Source: an uncultured Planctomycetota bacterium
GTDB lineage: Bacteria > Planctomycetota > Planctomycetia > Isosphaerales > Isosphaeraceae
DNA: 64,000 nucleotides
Assembly (NCBI GenBank): GCA_963737655.1
Contig: CAVTTN010000002.1
Location: 5,792,001 to 5,856,000, forward strand
Direction: 5' to 3'
This document shows, piece after piece, positions 1 through 10,089 of the stretch. The stretch's first letter is position 1. Each line of letters begins with the position of its first letter. The position numbers were made by a program, and so were the translations under genes. The notes below the pieces were generated by a model. The model did no database searches. It saw only the letters and a program-made list of their open reading frames with translations, and was not told the DNA's origin.

Positions 1-2430
1 TCACCCGCACGGCGACAACTCGATCTATCCCACCCTGGCGAGGATGGCCCAGTGGTGGAACATGAGGCATATCCTGATCACCGGGCAGGGGAACTTCGGG
101 TCGATCCACGGCCTGCCGCCGGCGGCCATGAGGTACACCGAGGCGAAGCTCAGCCCGGTGGCCGCCGAGATGCTGGAAGACATCAGGCTCGACACGGTGG
201 ACTTCCAGCCGAGCTACGACGAGAAGCACTCCGAGCCCCGCGTCCTGCCGTCGAAGTTCCCGAACCTGCTCGTGAACGGCTCGGGCGGGATCGCGGTGGG
301 GATGGCGACGTCGATCCCGCCCCACAACCTCGGCGAGGTCTGCTCGGCGGTCGTCGCCCTGATCGACAACCCGGCGATCACCCTGGACGAGCTCCTGGAC
401 CACATCCCCGCGCCGGACTTCCCCACCGGGGGCACCATCTGCGGCCGGTGGGGCAGCCGGCAGGCGTATGAGACCGGCCGGGGGAAGGTCATCGTCCGCG
501 CCAAGTACGAGATCGAGGAGCACAAGGACGGCCGCTCGCAGATCATCTTCACCGAGATCCCCTACCAGCTCACGAAGGAGCCCCTGCTCAAGAAGCTGGC
601 CGAGCTCGTCAACGACGGCCGGATCACCGGGGTGACGGACGTGGTGGACGAGTCCGACCGCAAGCAGCCGGTGCGGATCGTGGTGAAGGTCAAGAAGGGG
701 GAGGACGCCAACGTCATCCTCAATCAGCTCTTCCAGTTCTCCCCGCTCCAGGACTCGTTCAGCATCATCATGCTGGCCCTGGTCGATGGACGGCCGCGGA
801 CGCTCCCGCTGAAGGAGCTCCTGCGGCTGTTCGTGGAGCACCGGGTCACGGTGATCCGCCGGAGGACGCAGTTCCTCCTGAAGCGCGAACGGGCCCGGCC
901 CACGTCGTTGAGGGGCTGTTGATCGCCCTGCACTACATCGACGAGATCATCCGGGTGATCCGCTCGTCGGCCAACCCGCCGGAGGCCCGGGCGCGATTGA
1001 TGGGCATGGAGGTCTCGGCCCAGGTCCTCCAGAGGGCCCTGGACGACCCCAACGCCCGGGCCGCCGCGAGCCTGACGAAGTTCCAGGCCGACGCCATCCT
1101 CGCCATGAGGCTCCAGCAGCTCACCGGGCTGGAGGCCGACAAGCTCGTCAGCGAGTACCGGGCCCTGAAGGCCGACATCGCCGGCTACGAGGCCATCCTC
1201 GCCGACGAGCACCGCATCCTCGCCATGATCCAGGACGACATGCGCGAGCTGAAGGCCAAGTACGCCGACGGCCGCCGGAGCCTGGTCTCCGACGAGGAGC
1301 TCGGCGACTACGACAAGGAATTGCTGATCCGCGAGGAGTACATGGTGGTGACCGTCACCAACGACGGCTACATCAAGAGGCTCCCGCCCAGCACCTACCG
1401 GGCCCAGGGTCGCGGCGGACGCGGCGTCTCGGCCACGAACACGCGCGAGGGCGACTTCCTCGAACACATGTTCGTGGCATTGACCCACGATTATATTCTT
1501 TTCTTCACCGATCGCGGCAAGGTCTACTGGCTGAAGGTGTATGACATCCCGATGGCCTCGCGCACGAGCGGAGGCCGGGCGATCGTCAACCTGCTGCAAC
1601 TGGGCGAGGGGGAGAAGATCACCGGGCTGATCCCGGTCCGCGAGTTCTCCGAGGACGAATGCCTGTTCATGGTCACCCGGCGGGGGACGGTCAAGAAGAC
1701 CGACCTGACCGCGTTCCGGAGGCCCCTGGGCCGGGGGATCATCGCCCTTGGCCTGGACGAGGGGGACCAGCTGATCGGGGTGGCCCGGACCCGGAGCGGG
1801 GACCAGGTCGTCCTCTCCACCCGGGACGGCATGGCGATCCGGTTCGACCAGACGGACGTCCGGTCGATGGGCCGTCAGGCGTATGGCGTGAAGGGGATCA
1901 ACCTGGAAGAGGGGGACGAGGTGATCGGGATGGTCGTCGCCAGCGGCCAGGACGACGCGGCGAGCCTCCTGACCGTCTGCGCCAAGGGCTACGGCAAGAG
2001 GACGGCCCTGACGGAGTACCGGAGCCAGTCCCGGGGCGGCAAGGGTCTCATTGACATCAAGACGACCGACCGCAACGGCCCGGTCGTGGCGATCGCCAAG
2101 GTGACCGACGCCGATGAGGTCATGCTCACGACGACCGGAGGGATGGTCATCCGCACGAAAGTGGCGGACATCAGCACGATCGGCCGGAACACCCAGGGCG
2201 TCCGCCTGATCCGGGTCGAGGAGGGGGACACGGTCGGCTCGCTCGCGAAGCTGCCCGAGGACGAGCTCAACGGCGGAGACGAGCTGGAGGGCCTGCCCGA
2301 CGAGGCCCCGGCCCCCTCGGCGGCCGACGGCGACGGCCACCCGCCCCACATCCTCGACGACGGCGTGGGCCGGGCGGAGGCCGAGGACCACATCGACGAC
2401 CCGGACGCCAACGGCGAGCCCGACGCCTGA
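1..2430 (+). CDS. gyrA: DNA gyrase subunit A (5'-truncated by window edge; 1-bp frameshift near 897)
   Basis: [22 protein letters not shown] catalytic Tyr, [13 protein letters not shown]-terminal pinwheel with GyrA-box-like QGRGGRG; ORFs 44-922 and 919-2430 join as ..[14 protein letters not shown] if one G is restored. Confidence 0.97.
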
Positions 2431-2480
2431 TCGCGATGCGCCGGGCCGGGCCGGGCCCGGCCGTGTTGACGTGATGATCC

Positions 2481-2517
2481 GGTTGGCATGCTCGCGGAGA
2501 CGTGGGCATGCCAACCC
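2481..2517. repeat. REP-like palindrome, family C (single unit)
   Basis: GGTTGGCATGC-TCGCGGAGACGTGG-GCATGCCAACC; resembles copies at 47128 and 59892. Confidence 0.6.
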
Positions 2518-2525
2518 CGCCCCGA

Positions 2526-2920
2526 TCACCCGCGCCGGCCTCGTCCGAGGAGATGGACGATCGTGCCGACCGCCGCGCCGATGAGGATGCCCCACCCGCA
2601 GGTGACGAAGTAGAACCCGAACGGGCCGAGCAGGAGGGCCCGGTCTTGCTCGTCCGCGAGCGAGGGCCATCCCTGGCCGGAGGCCGCGCGGATCGCGGCG
2701 AGGACGGCGCCGATCCCGAGGAGGAGGGCGGCCGGGGGCCCGGCGATCAGGGTGGTCCACTTCAGGCCGAAGCCGACCCCTCGGCGGACCGACCGGCCGA
2801 GGATGCCCGGCGGCTCGTCGGCGGGTCGGGCGTCGTCCGCGAGGGGGGCGGCCTAGGGGTTCGCGAGGCCCTCGCCCGGGGCCGAGCCGGCGGCGGGGCC
2901 CGGCCCCGCTCCCCCCTCAT
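2526..2920 (-). pseudogene. small membrane protein with NP[Y]AAP motif, interrupted by in-frame TAG (2853-2855); not in ORF track
   Basis: manual translation: ..GLANP*AAPLADDARPADEPPGILGRSVRRGVGFGLKWTTLIAGPPAALLLGIGAVLAAIR..FGFYFVTCGWGILIGAAVGTIVHLLGRGRRG*; start uncertain (ATG at 2920 needs +1 G). Confidence 0.55.
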
Positions 2921-3642
2921 TTCTTCTTCTTCTTCAGGGCCTCGGCTTCCTCGCACTTCAGGAGCGTGGTCTTGCCGTCGAGGTACCACTTGCCTTCGAG
3001 ATAGATCATGGCGAGGTGGAGGATGTAGGGCGGAGGGGCGGGGGCGTCTCCCCCGGGTGAGGGGGCGATCAGGCTGGCCTGGGCGTCGAGCGGGACGTCG
3101 GTGACCAGCTCCGAGGGCGGCACGAGGCTGACCATGATGTTCTCGCTCGTGCCGGTGCCGTTGTCGCCGACCCGGGGCCGGAAGGTCTCGACCCACTTGG
3201 CCACCTCCCCCTGCGACCCGCCGGAGGCCATGTCGTTCAGGGTGTTCATGTCCTTGTCGATGAACGCCCTGGCGACCACGTTCATCTTCATGAGGAGCCG
3301 TTCCTCGTTGCTCAGCGCCGGCGGCTTCATGTTCATGAAGCCGACGTAGGCCGCGCCGAGCAGGACCAGGCCGCCGAGGGTGTACCAGACGGCCCGGGGC
3401 AGCTCGCTGATCTTCTCGGCGACGATCCCGATCGGGTCGAGCGGCTCGTTGTCGGGCCGGGCCTTCTTGCCGGCCTTGCCGCCCTTGCCCCCCCGGGACG
3501 ACGGGGGCTCGCCCAGGACGGGCTTGCCGGTGGCATCGAGATAGAAGACCGCGTCACACTTCTTGCAATGCATCCGGGTGTTGAGCCGATCCAGAGGGAC
3601 GTTGCCCCTCCGTCCGCAGCTCGGACACGACATCGGGATCAT
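2917..3642 (-). CDS. zinc-ribbon membrane-anchored hypothetical protein
   Basis: MIPMSCPSCG..HCKKCDAVF (two CxxC), one TM segment, GC3-rich codons. Confidence 0.8.
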   Translation of the reverse strand: MIPMSCPSCGRRGNVPLDRLNTRMHCKKCDAVFYLDATGKPVLGEPPSSRGGKGGKAGKKARPDNEPLDPIGIVAEKISELPRAVWYTLGGLVLLGAAYVGFMNMKPPALSNEERLLMKMNVVARAFIDKDMNTLNDMASGGSQGEVAKWVETFRPRVGDNGTGTSENIMVSLVPPSELVTDVPLDAQASLIAPSPGGDAPAPPPYILHLAMIYLEGKWYLDGKTTLLKCEEAEALKKKKK

Positions 3643-4052
3643 GAAGGCGCTCCGAAGTGGCGGACCCGCATCGCCCCGGGGCCTCGGTCCCCGGGGAGCC
3701 TCATTGTCGGCGGCCGGAGGAGGCCGCCGTCCTCGCCCTGTGCTAGCGTCGGATGCCCTTATTGTGGCATGGGGCGTGCCGAACTTCGAGTCCCCAGTGT
3801 CGGACTTCTCGACGATCCTGCCCATCGCGCGGTCCCCCTGGCCCGTGGACGCGCCGATCCGGGCCCAGGCCCGGACGGTCTTGCCCGATCCGCCGCCGTG
3901 GGATAGGGTGGCGTCCCTCCCGGCCTGAGCTGGCCCGGCCCGGCCCGACGAACCTCGGCGGGCGATCCCGAGGGGAACCCTAGGTCCGGGTCCGGCGCGG
4001 CGCCCGGCGAATCGTCCGAGACCGAGACCGCGTCCTCCGAGGCGAGCCCGTC

Positions 4053-5024
4053 ATGCGAGCCCTGATCACCGGAGCGACCGGATTCGTCGGCGGCCACCTG
4101 GTCGAGCACCTGGCCGACCGGGGCGACTCGATCGTCGGCCTGTCGGCCTCGGGGCGATGGCCCGACCCCCTGGCGCACCTCGGGCGCTCGCCCGGCTCGA
4201 GGCCTGCGACCTGGCCGACGTCGATCCGGCCGACCTGGCCGACCGGATCGCCCGGAAGCAGCCCGAGGCGATCTATCACCTCGCCGCCCAGGCCAACCCC
4301 CAGGCCAGCGTGGCCGACCCCCGAGGCACCTGGGCCCTGAACCTCGGCGGCACCCTGAATCTGCTCGAGGCGGTGAGGGCCTCGGGCCTGGCGCCGAAGG
4401 TCGTGATCGTCGGCTCGGGCGTCTCCTACGGCAACCCCCCGCCGGAGCTCCTGCCGGTGGGCGAGTCCTGCCCCCTGAGGCCGAACAACCCGTACTCGGC
4501 GAGCAAGGCCGCGGCCGACCTGCTGGGGATCCAGCACTTCCTCGGCCTGGGCACGCTCTCGGTGATGGTCCGCCCGTTCAACCACGCCGGGCCGAGGCAG
4601 TCGTCCACCTACGTCCTCGGCGGGCTGGCCCGGCAGGTGGCCGAGGTCGAGGCTCGGGATCAAGCCCCGGGTGGAGGTCGGCAACCTGGAGATCGTCCGC
4701 GACTTCACCGACGTCCGGGATGTCGCCAGGGCCTACCGCCTCCTCGCCGAAGACGGCCAGCCGGGCGAGATCTACAACCTCGGGACCGGCCGGGGGACCA
4801 AACTGGCCGACGCCCTGGAGTTCCTCAAGACCAGGGCGAAGGTGCCGATCGAGGTCTTCGTCGATCCGGCGAGGGTCCGGCCCGTCGATCAGCCCTTGCT
4901 CGTGGCGGACGCGACCAAGCTCCGCCAGGCCGTCGGCTGGGAGCCCCGGTTCACGATCGAGCAGACCCTCGCGGACATGCTCGACGGCTGGAGGGCCACG
5001 CTCTCCAGGCCGTCGGGTGCATGA
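4053..5024 (+). CDS. GDP-mannose 4,6-dehydratase / Rmd-like extended SDR (frameshifts near 4190 and 4655)
   Basis: [46 protein letters not shown] spread over three frames. Confidence 0.9.
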
Positions 5025-5164
5025 AATGCACCAACCTCACGGCGGGCGAAGCCCGCCCACCGCGTCTCGGGACGTCCTGCCCTCAAAAGGAGGGCGGCCG
5101 GTGGCCGCCGCAGGGTTGGTGCATTTCATGCACCCGACATGACGGTGCATTTCATGCACCCGAC
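5012..5164. repeat. REP/REPIN-like cluster, family A (three units)
   Basis: GTCGGGTGCATGAAATGCACC at 5012-5032; inverted copies at 5118-5138 and 5144-5164. Confidence 0.9.
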
Positions 5165-5706
5165 GGGGATTTGAACCACCACAGCAAGAACGCCCCCTGA
5201 GCGGCCACCACGGCGGCGAAGGGCAGGAGGAAACCGAGCTTCCTCGTCTTATGTCGGAGAGTGAGCATCGCCAGGAGGGCCGCCGGGGAGCCGCCGATCA
5301 GGGCCAGCCCCAGCAGCACGAGCTCGGGGACTCGCCGTCTCTGGCGGAGGGCCCGGTGCTTGTCCCAGGCATAGACGGCCGCCGTCGTGGCGTTGACGGC
5401 CCCGAGCCAGGCCCAGAGGCCCGAGACGTACATCCCCAGGACGGCCGATCCGCCCACCACGGCGCCGATCAGCCCGACCGCGGCGAATTGCGACGGGGTC
5501 AAGGACCTCCGCCCCGGCTCCACGCGGGTGGCCCTCGGGCCCTTCTCGGTCGGTTCGGCCAGGAACCGGACGATCTGGCCGACTCGCAACCGCGCGCCCC
5601 CCTCCACGGCCGAGGCGTGGACGAAGACGTCCTTGGGATACCCCCGGGCCCGGACGAAGCCGAAGCCCTTGGCCTCGTCGAAGCTGACGACCACCCCGCG
5701 ATCCAT
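5152..5706 (-). CDS. cold-shock domain + DUF1294 membrane protein
   Basis: KGFGFV..DVFVHASA cold-shock motifs; YAWDK..RRRVPE..GGSPAALLAM..RHKTRK. Confidence 0.9.
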   Translation of the reverse strand: MDRGVVVSFDEAKGFGFVRARGYPKDVFVHASAVEGGARLRVGQIVRFLAEPTEKGPRATRVEPGRRSLTPSQFAAVGLIGAVVGGSAVLGMYVSGLWAWLGAVNATTAAVYAWDKHRALRQRRRVPELVLLGLALIGGSPAALLAMLTLRHKTRKLGFLLPFAAVVAAQGAFLLWWFKSPSGA

Positions 5707-5835
5707 CGTCTTCAATCCTTTCGCCCCGGCCGAAGGAGGTTTGCGGTCCCGCCCCGGCCATGATACCGTCACCTCCGTCGAGGCCCACGGCCCTCCCTCC
5801 TCTCCCCTCCCGAATCGGCCCGCGAGCGCGCCCTC

Positions 5836-7251
5836 ATGACGAGCCCGGACTCCTTTCCCCCCGCGCCCTCCCCGCTGGACCGGGCCCGGGCCAAGGCCTA
5901 CCGGAGGCTGCTGCCCATCTTGTTCGCCTGCTACGTGATCGCGTATGTCGATCGCAACAACCTCTCGATCGCGATCGAGACGATGCGGCAGGACATGCCG
6001 GCCTTTGACAACGACGTCCTCGGCACCGGCGCCGGCGTCTTCTTCCTCGGCTACTTCCTCCTGGAGATCCCCGGCAGCATCCTGGTGGAGAAGTGGTCGG
6101 CGAGGAAGTGGATCAGCCGGATCATGGTCTCGTGGGGGATCGTCGCGGCCCTGACGGCCCTGGTCAAGACCCCGGGGCAGTTCTACGCGCTGAGGTTCAT
6201 CCTCGGGCTGGCCGAGGCGGGGTTCTTCCCCGGGGTGATCGTCTACCTGACCCACTGGTTCCCCAACCGGGACCGGACCCGGGCCCTGGCCTGGTTCCTG
6301 ATCGGCACGCCGGTGGCCCAGGCGATCAGCCCGCTGATCTCCTATCCCCTGCTGTCGATCGGCACGGTCGTCAAGCCCGACGGGACGATGGTCAGCAACC
6401 CGCTGGCGCCCGGCCTCCACGGCTGGCAGTGGGTGTACATCGCCTGGGGGATCCCGGCGGTGGTCCTGGGCCTGGTCGTCCTGGGGGCCCTGACCGACCG
6501 GCCGAAGGACGCCCGATGGCTCGACCCCGAGGAGCGCGACGCCCTGGAATCGGAGCTGGAGCGCGAGAGGGCCGAGAAGGCCGGGGGCAATCGGCACATG
6601 AGCCTGGGCCAGGCGCTGAAGAACCCCAAGGTCCTGATCCTGGCCGCCGCGTACTTCTTCATCGTCACGGGCAATTACGGCGTCGAGTTCTTCCTGCCGA
6701 CGATCCTGGGCAAGTGGTTCACGCTCACCAACACGCAGAAGATGGGGCTGCTGGTCCTGCCGGCGGCCGGGTCGCTCGTCGGCCAGCTCTTCATCGGCTG
6801 GAACTCCGACCGGACCAAGGAGAGGAAGGCCCACGCCGCGATCCCGATCTACCTCGGCGCCGCGGCCCTGGCGCTGACGGTCGTGGCCCGCCACCCCCTG
6901 CCCCTGATGATCGTCCTGTTCACCGTGGCGGCCTCGGGCCTGAAGGCGTACCTGCCGGCATTCTGGTCCCTGCCCAGCCTGTTCCTGACCTCCACGGCCG
7001 CCGCCGGGAGCATCGGCCTGATCAACTCCGTGGGCAATCTCGGCGGGTTCGTCGGCCCCAAGGCGATGGGCTATCTCAACAAGTGGATGGAACAGAAGAT
7101 GAAGGACGGCACCCTGCCCACGGACTTCAACGCCTACATGCCCGGCATCCTCGTCCTCTGCGCCTCCATGACCATCGCCGCCACGATCATCCTCCTCCTG
7201 CCCATCGCCCGACGCCCCTCGGAAAAGCCTTCGCCCCTCGACGCCCCGTAG
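5836..7251 (+). CDS. MFS transporter, ACS family (tartrate/organic acid type)
   Basis: YVDRNN, LEIPGS, RFILGLAEAGFFPG, GWQW, INSVGNLGGFVGP. Confidence 0.92.
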   Translation: MTSPDSFPPAPSPLDRARAKAYRRLLPILFACYVIAYVDRNNLSIAIETMRQDMPAFDNDVLGTGAGVFFLGYFLLEIPGSILVEKWSARKWISRIMVSWGIVAALTALVKTPGQFYALRFILGLAEAGFFPGVIVYLTHWFPNRDRTRALAWFLIGTPVAQAISPLISYPLLSIGTVVKPDGTMVSNPLAPGLHGWQWVYIAWGIPAVVLGLVVLGALTDRPKDARWLDPEERDALESELERERAEKAGGNRHMSLGQALKNPKVLILAAAYFFIVTGNYGVEFFLPTILGKWFTLTNTQKMGLLVLPAAGSLVGQLFIGWNSDRTKERKAHAAIPIYLGAAALALTVVARHPLPLMIVLFTVAASGLKAYLPAFWSLPSLFLTSTAAAGSIGLINSVGNLGGFVGPKAMGYLNKWMEQKMKDGTLPTDFNAYMPGILVLCASMTIAATIILLLPIARRPSEKPSPLDAP

Positions 7252-7268
7252 GATGCATGAAAGGCACC
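7248..7268. repeat. REP-like unit, family A
   Basis: GTAGGATGCATGAAAGGCACC overlapping the MFS stop codon. Confidence 0.75.
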
Positions 7269-7343
7269 AACCACCGACACGCGGCGGTCGCCAGGCCGCC
7301 TCCCTCCTCCTCGGGTCGGCTCCGTGAGGCACGGGACCGGGGA

Positions 7344-8820
7344 TCATGCCCCCGACAGGACGCGATAGAGCACGAACGCCCGGTCCCACCGGGTCGTCGG
7401 CCCCCTGGCCACCACCTCCACCCGACCCATTCGCTCCAGTTCCGGCAAGTCTCGCTCCCGGGCGATCACCGCGAAGGCCCCCGAGGGCCGATGGGCCCGC
7501 AGGTCGTCCGGCGACGATCGCCAGAGGGCCGGGCGGTTCAGGGAATACAGCCGGATCGGCAGGTCGTGGGGCATCGGGCCGAACGGCGAGGGGTACGGCA
7601 GGCGGTCCCAGTCGTCCTGGAGCAAGACCAGGGGCTCGCCCGGCCGGACCAGCCGCCCGGCCCTCTCGTAGAACGCCCACTCCGCCCCCCGGCGATCGAG
7701 CCGAGGGGCCAGGACGGCGAAACCCGCCGCGAAGGCCACTCCCACACCCAGGGTCGCGACGATCACCCGCCCTCGGAACCGCCCGATCGAGGTCCCCCGG
7801 CGCTCCCGGAGCCTCTCCAGCCCCAGGGCCGCCCAGATCGACCACGGCGGCAGGGCATGGACGAGGTAATGCGCGTTCTTGACCGTCGCCAGCGAGACCA
7901 GGACCGCCGGCACCACCGCCCACGCCCAGAGCAGCCGGTCCGGCCCGCATCGTTCCCGGACGGCCCTCCTCAGCGAGATCCGGCCGCCGACGAGGGCCAG
8001 GGGGGTCCAGGGGAGCGTCTGCCAGAACGGCGAGGCGAGGTAGTCCGCCCAGGTTTCGCCCGCGAACTGGGTCGGGCGGCTGGCCAGGCGGTCGGTCACG
8101 TGGACCAGCCACAGGCCCATCGCCTCCGGGTGCCGGGCCAGGACCAGCAACGGCCACGCCAGGGCGATCAGGGCCGCCGAGGCGATCCCGACCGGCGTTT
8201 TCAGCGCCCGGAACGTCGGGCCGTCGCGATCCCAGATCAGGACGGCCAGGGTCGCCGCCGCGATCAGGGCCGCGCCGAAGCCGATCCCCTTGACCAGGGC
8301 CGTCCCCCCGATCAGGGCGAAGAACGCCCCCCGCCAGGCGATCGACCCGCCTCGGACCCGGTCCAGGGCCGCCATCGCCCCGACGATCAAAGCCGCCAGG
8401 AGGATATCGGCCTCGGCCAGACGCCCGCGGAAGGCCGTCCACACGGTCGAGCCCCTGGATCAAACCGGCCCAGAGGCCCACGTCGGGCCCGAACCTCCGG
8501 CCGGCGATCGAGGCCACGCCGAGGGCCAGGGCGATCGCCGCCAGGGCGGAAGGTAGCCTCGCCGAGACCTCGGAAATCCCGCCGGAGAGTCGTCCCGAGG
8601 CGGCGATCAGCCAGGTCCCCAGCGGCGGCTTCTCCAGCCACGGGCGGCCGTCGAGCCGGGGGACCAGCCCGTCCCCCGAATCGAGCGTCTCCCGGGCCGA
8701 TTGGGCCCAGATCGCCTCGTGATACGACAGCCGGGACGCCCCCAGGCCCGTCAGGACGGTCAGCGCCGACAGGCCGACCACAAGCAGGATCGCCCGGCGG
8801 GAGATTCCGAGATCGAGCAT
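7344..8820 (-). CDS. ArnT/PMT-family (GT-C) glycosyltransferase (frameshift near 8455)
   Basis: HEAIWAQSARE, WLEKPPL, ARLPSALA, LVKG, KNAHYLV; many TM segments. Confidence 0.88.
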
Positions 8821-8846
8821 GGTCGGGCCGTCCCTGGGGCACACCC

Positions 8847-8945
8847 GTCGGGCCGGCCTCGGCCTGCCGTCTTCGCGGGTCCCGGCAGGCCGAGGCCTGC
8901 CCGACGAGACCCGTCGTGCGCCATCCGTTCGTGAACCGCTCGAAG
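8847..8945. repeat. REP doublet family B plus conserved tail
   Basis: GTCGGGCCGGCCTCGGCCTGCC..GGCAGGCCGAGGCCTGCCCGAC then ATCCGTTCGTGAACCGCTC; homologous to 25603-25692. Confidence 0.8.
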
Positions 8946-9005
8946 CGAGAGGCGGGCATCCTACCGAAGCCCCCGCCGCGGGTCATCCCGAGTTCCGGGG
9001 CGAGA

Positions 9006-9047
9006 ATCGAGCGTAAAGAACGTAAAACTTGTGACTTTACGCTCGAT
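9006..9047. terminator. 13-bp stem-loop overlapping the kptA stop; possible terminator
   Basis: ATCGAGCGTAAAG-16 nt-CTTTACGCTCGAT. Confidence 0.45.
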
Positions 9048-9600
9048 CCGTTTCTATCCGCGAGAGGAAGGGCGGAGGGACCGCGTCCACCAGCCACACG
9101 CCGTTGCCCGATCGGTAGAACGTCCAGCCCTGGGCCTGCATGGCCGGTGCGTCCACGACCAGGACGGCCGGCCTCCCGTGGCGGGCCCCGACCCTCCGGG
9201 CCGTCTCGGGGTCGGGCGAGAGGTGGACGTGGTGCCGGCGCATCTTCCGGAGCCCGTCGCGGAGGATCGCCGGCACCGTCGCCTCGCCCGTCCCGTGGTA
9301 CAGGACGCCCGGGGGCCCGGCCTCCTCCAAGCCCAGGTCCACCTCGACGCTGTGCCCCTGCTGGGCCCGGATGCGGAGGCCGGTTTCGTCGAAGGCGAAG
9401 CGCTTCTTGTCGTTGCGCGCGACGACCTCCTCCAGCCCGGCGCGGTCCAGGCGGATCCCGCGGGCGTTCAGGGCCTCCAGGAGGTCGGCCACCTCGACCC
9501 ACCCGCCGGGGGCCAGCGTCAGGCCGATCTTCTCGGGCCGATGGCGGAGGTGCATGCTCAGGGCCTTGCTGATCTTGACCAGTCGTTCGTCGTTCATCAT
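9037..9600 (-). CDS. kptA: RNA 2'-phosphotransferase (Tpt1/KptA)
   Basis: SKALSMHLRH, NDKKRF, IRAQQGHS, LYHGT, RHHVHLS, NGVWL. Confidence 0.95.
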   Translation of the reverse strand: MMNDERLVKISKALSMHLRHRPEKIGLTLAPGGWVEVADLLEALNARGIRLDRAGLEEVVARNDKKRFAFDETGLRIRAQQGHSVEVDLGLEEAGPPGVLYHGTGEATVPAILRDGLRKMRRHHVHLSPDPETARRVGARHGRPAVLVVDAPAMQAQGWTFYRSGNGVWLVDAVPPPFLSRIETDRA

Positions 9601-9654
9601 GACCGGGCATTCGCGACGGTCGGGCCGATTATTCCGAGCGATTCCCTCAACGTC

Positions 9655-9808
9655 CGCCGGGGGAAAACCCGTCGATAACCCGTCGCGCCCGGGTGCAGGG
9701 CGCGACGACCGCCGACCGGGCGATCCTCCCGGCCCCGGGACCGGGCGCCCCGGCGTCGGCGCATGCCGGGCGGCGCGACGGGGTTATCGACGGGTTTTCC
9801 CCCGGCGG
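9655..9808. promoter_or_regulatory. inverted repeat carrying DnaA-box-like 9-mers; candidate oriC element
   Basis: CCGCCGGGGGAAAACCCGTCGATAACCCGTCGCGCC and a near-perfect inverse; TTATCGACG and TTTTCCCCC resemble TTWTNCACA; lies upstream of dnaN. Confidence 0.45.
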
Positions 9809-10089
9809 GGAACTCGGATTGCGTGCGAGTAAGTCGTTTGCTATCCTGGCTTTGTTCGAGAGCCTCCCGCGCCATCGACGGCGCCGGGCCGGCCCTCCGG
9901 AGATGACGATGAGGGCGCCTCTCCCTTTCCAGGAGGGAATCCGGGGGACGGGCGGGCGCCCTCGACTCGAAGGGACTGGACTCCACGGAGCGAACCGGGC
10001 GAGGCCCGGGTCTCTCGTCCCGTCGGCCCGGGTCGGCCGATCGACGGGGCATCCAAGCCGAGGCATGGCAAGGCGGGGGAATCGCCAGA

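Noticed and set aside
5152..8844. 1230-aa ArnT-cold shock-DUF1294 fusion
   Set aside because: Created by the ArnT frameshift running through the antisense of the MFS gene
9006..9047. Integron attC site
   Set aside because: No RYYYAAC/GTTRRRY ends, no integrase and a single copy
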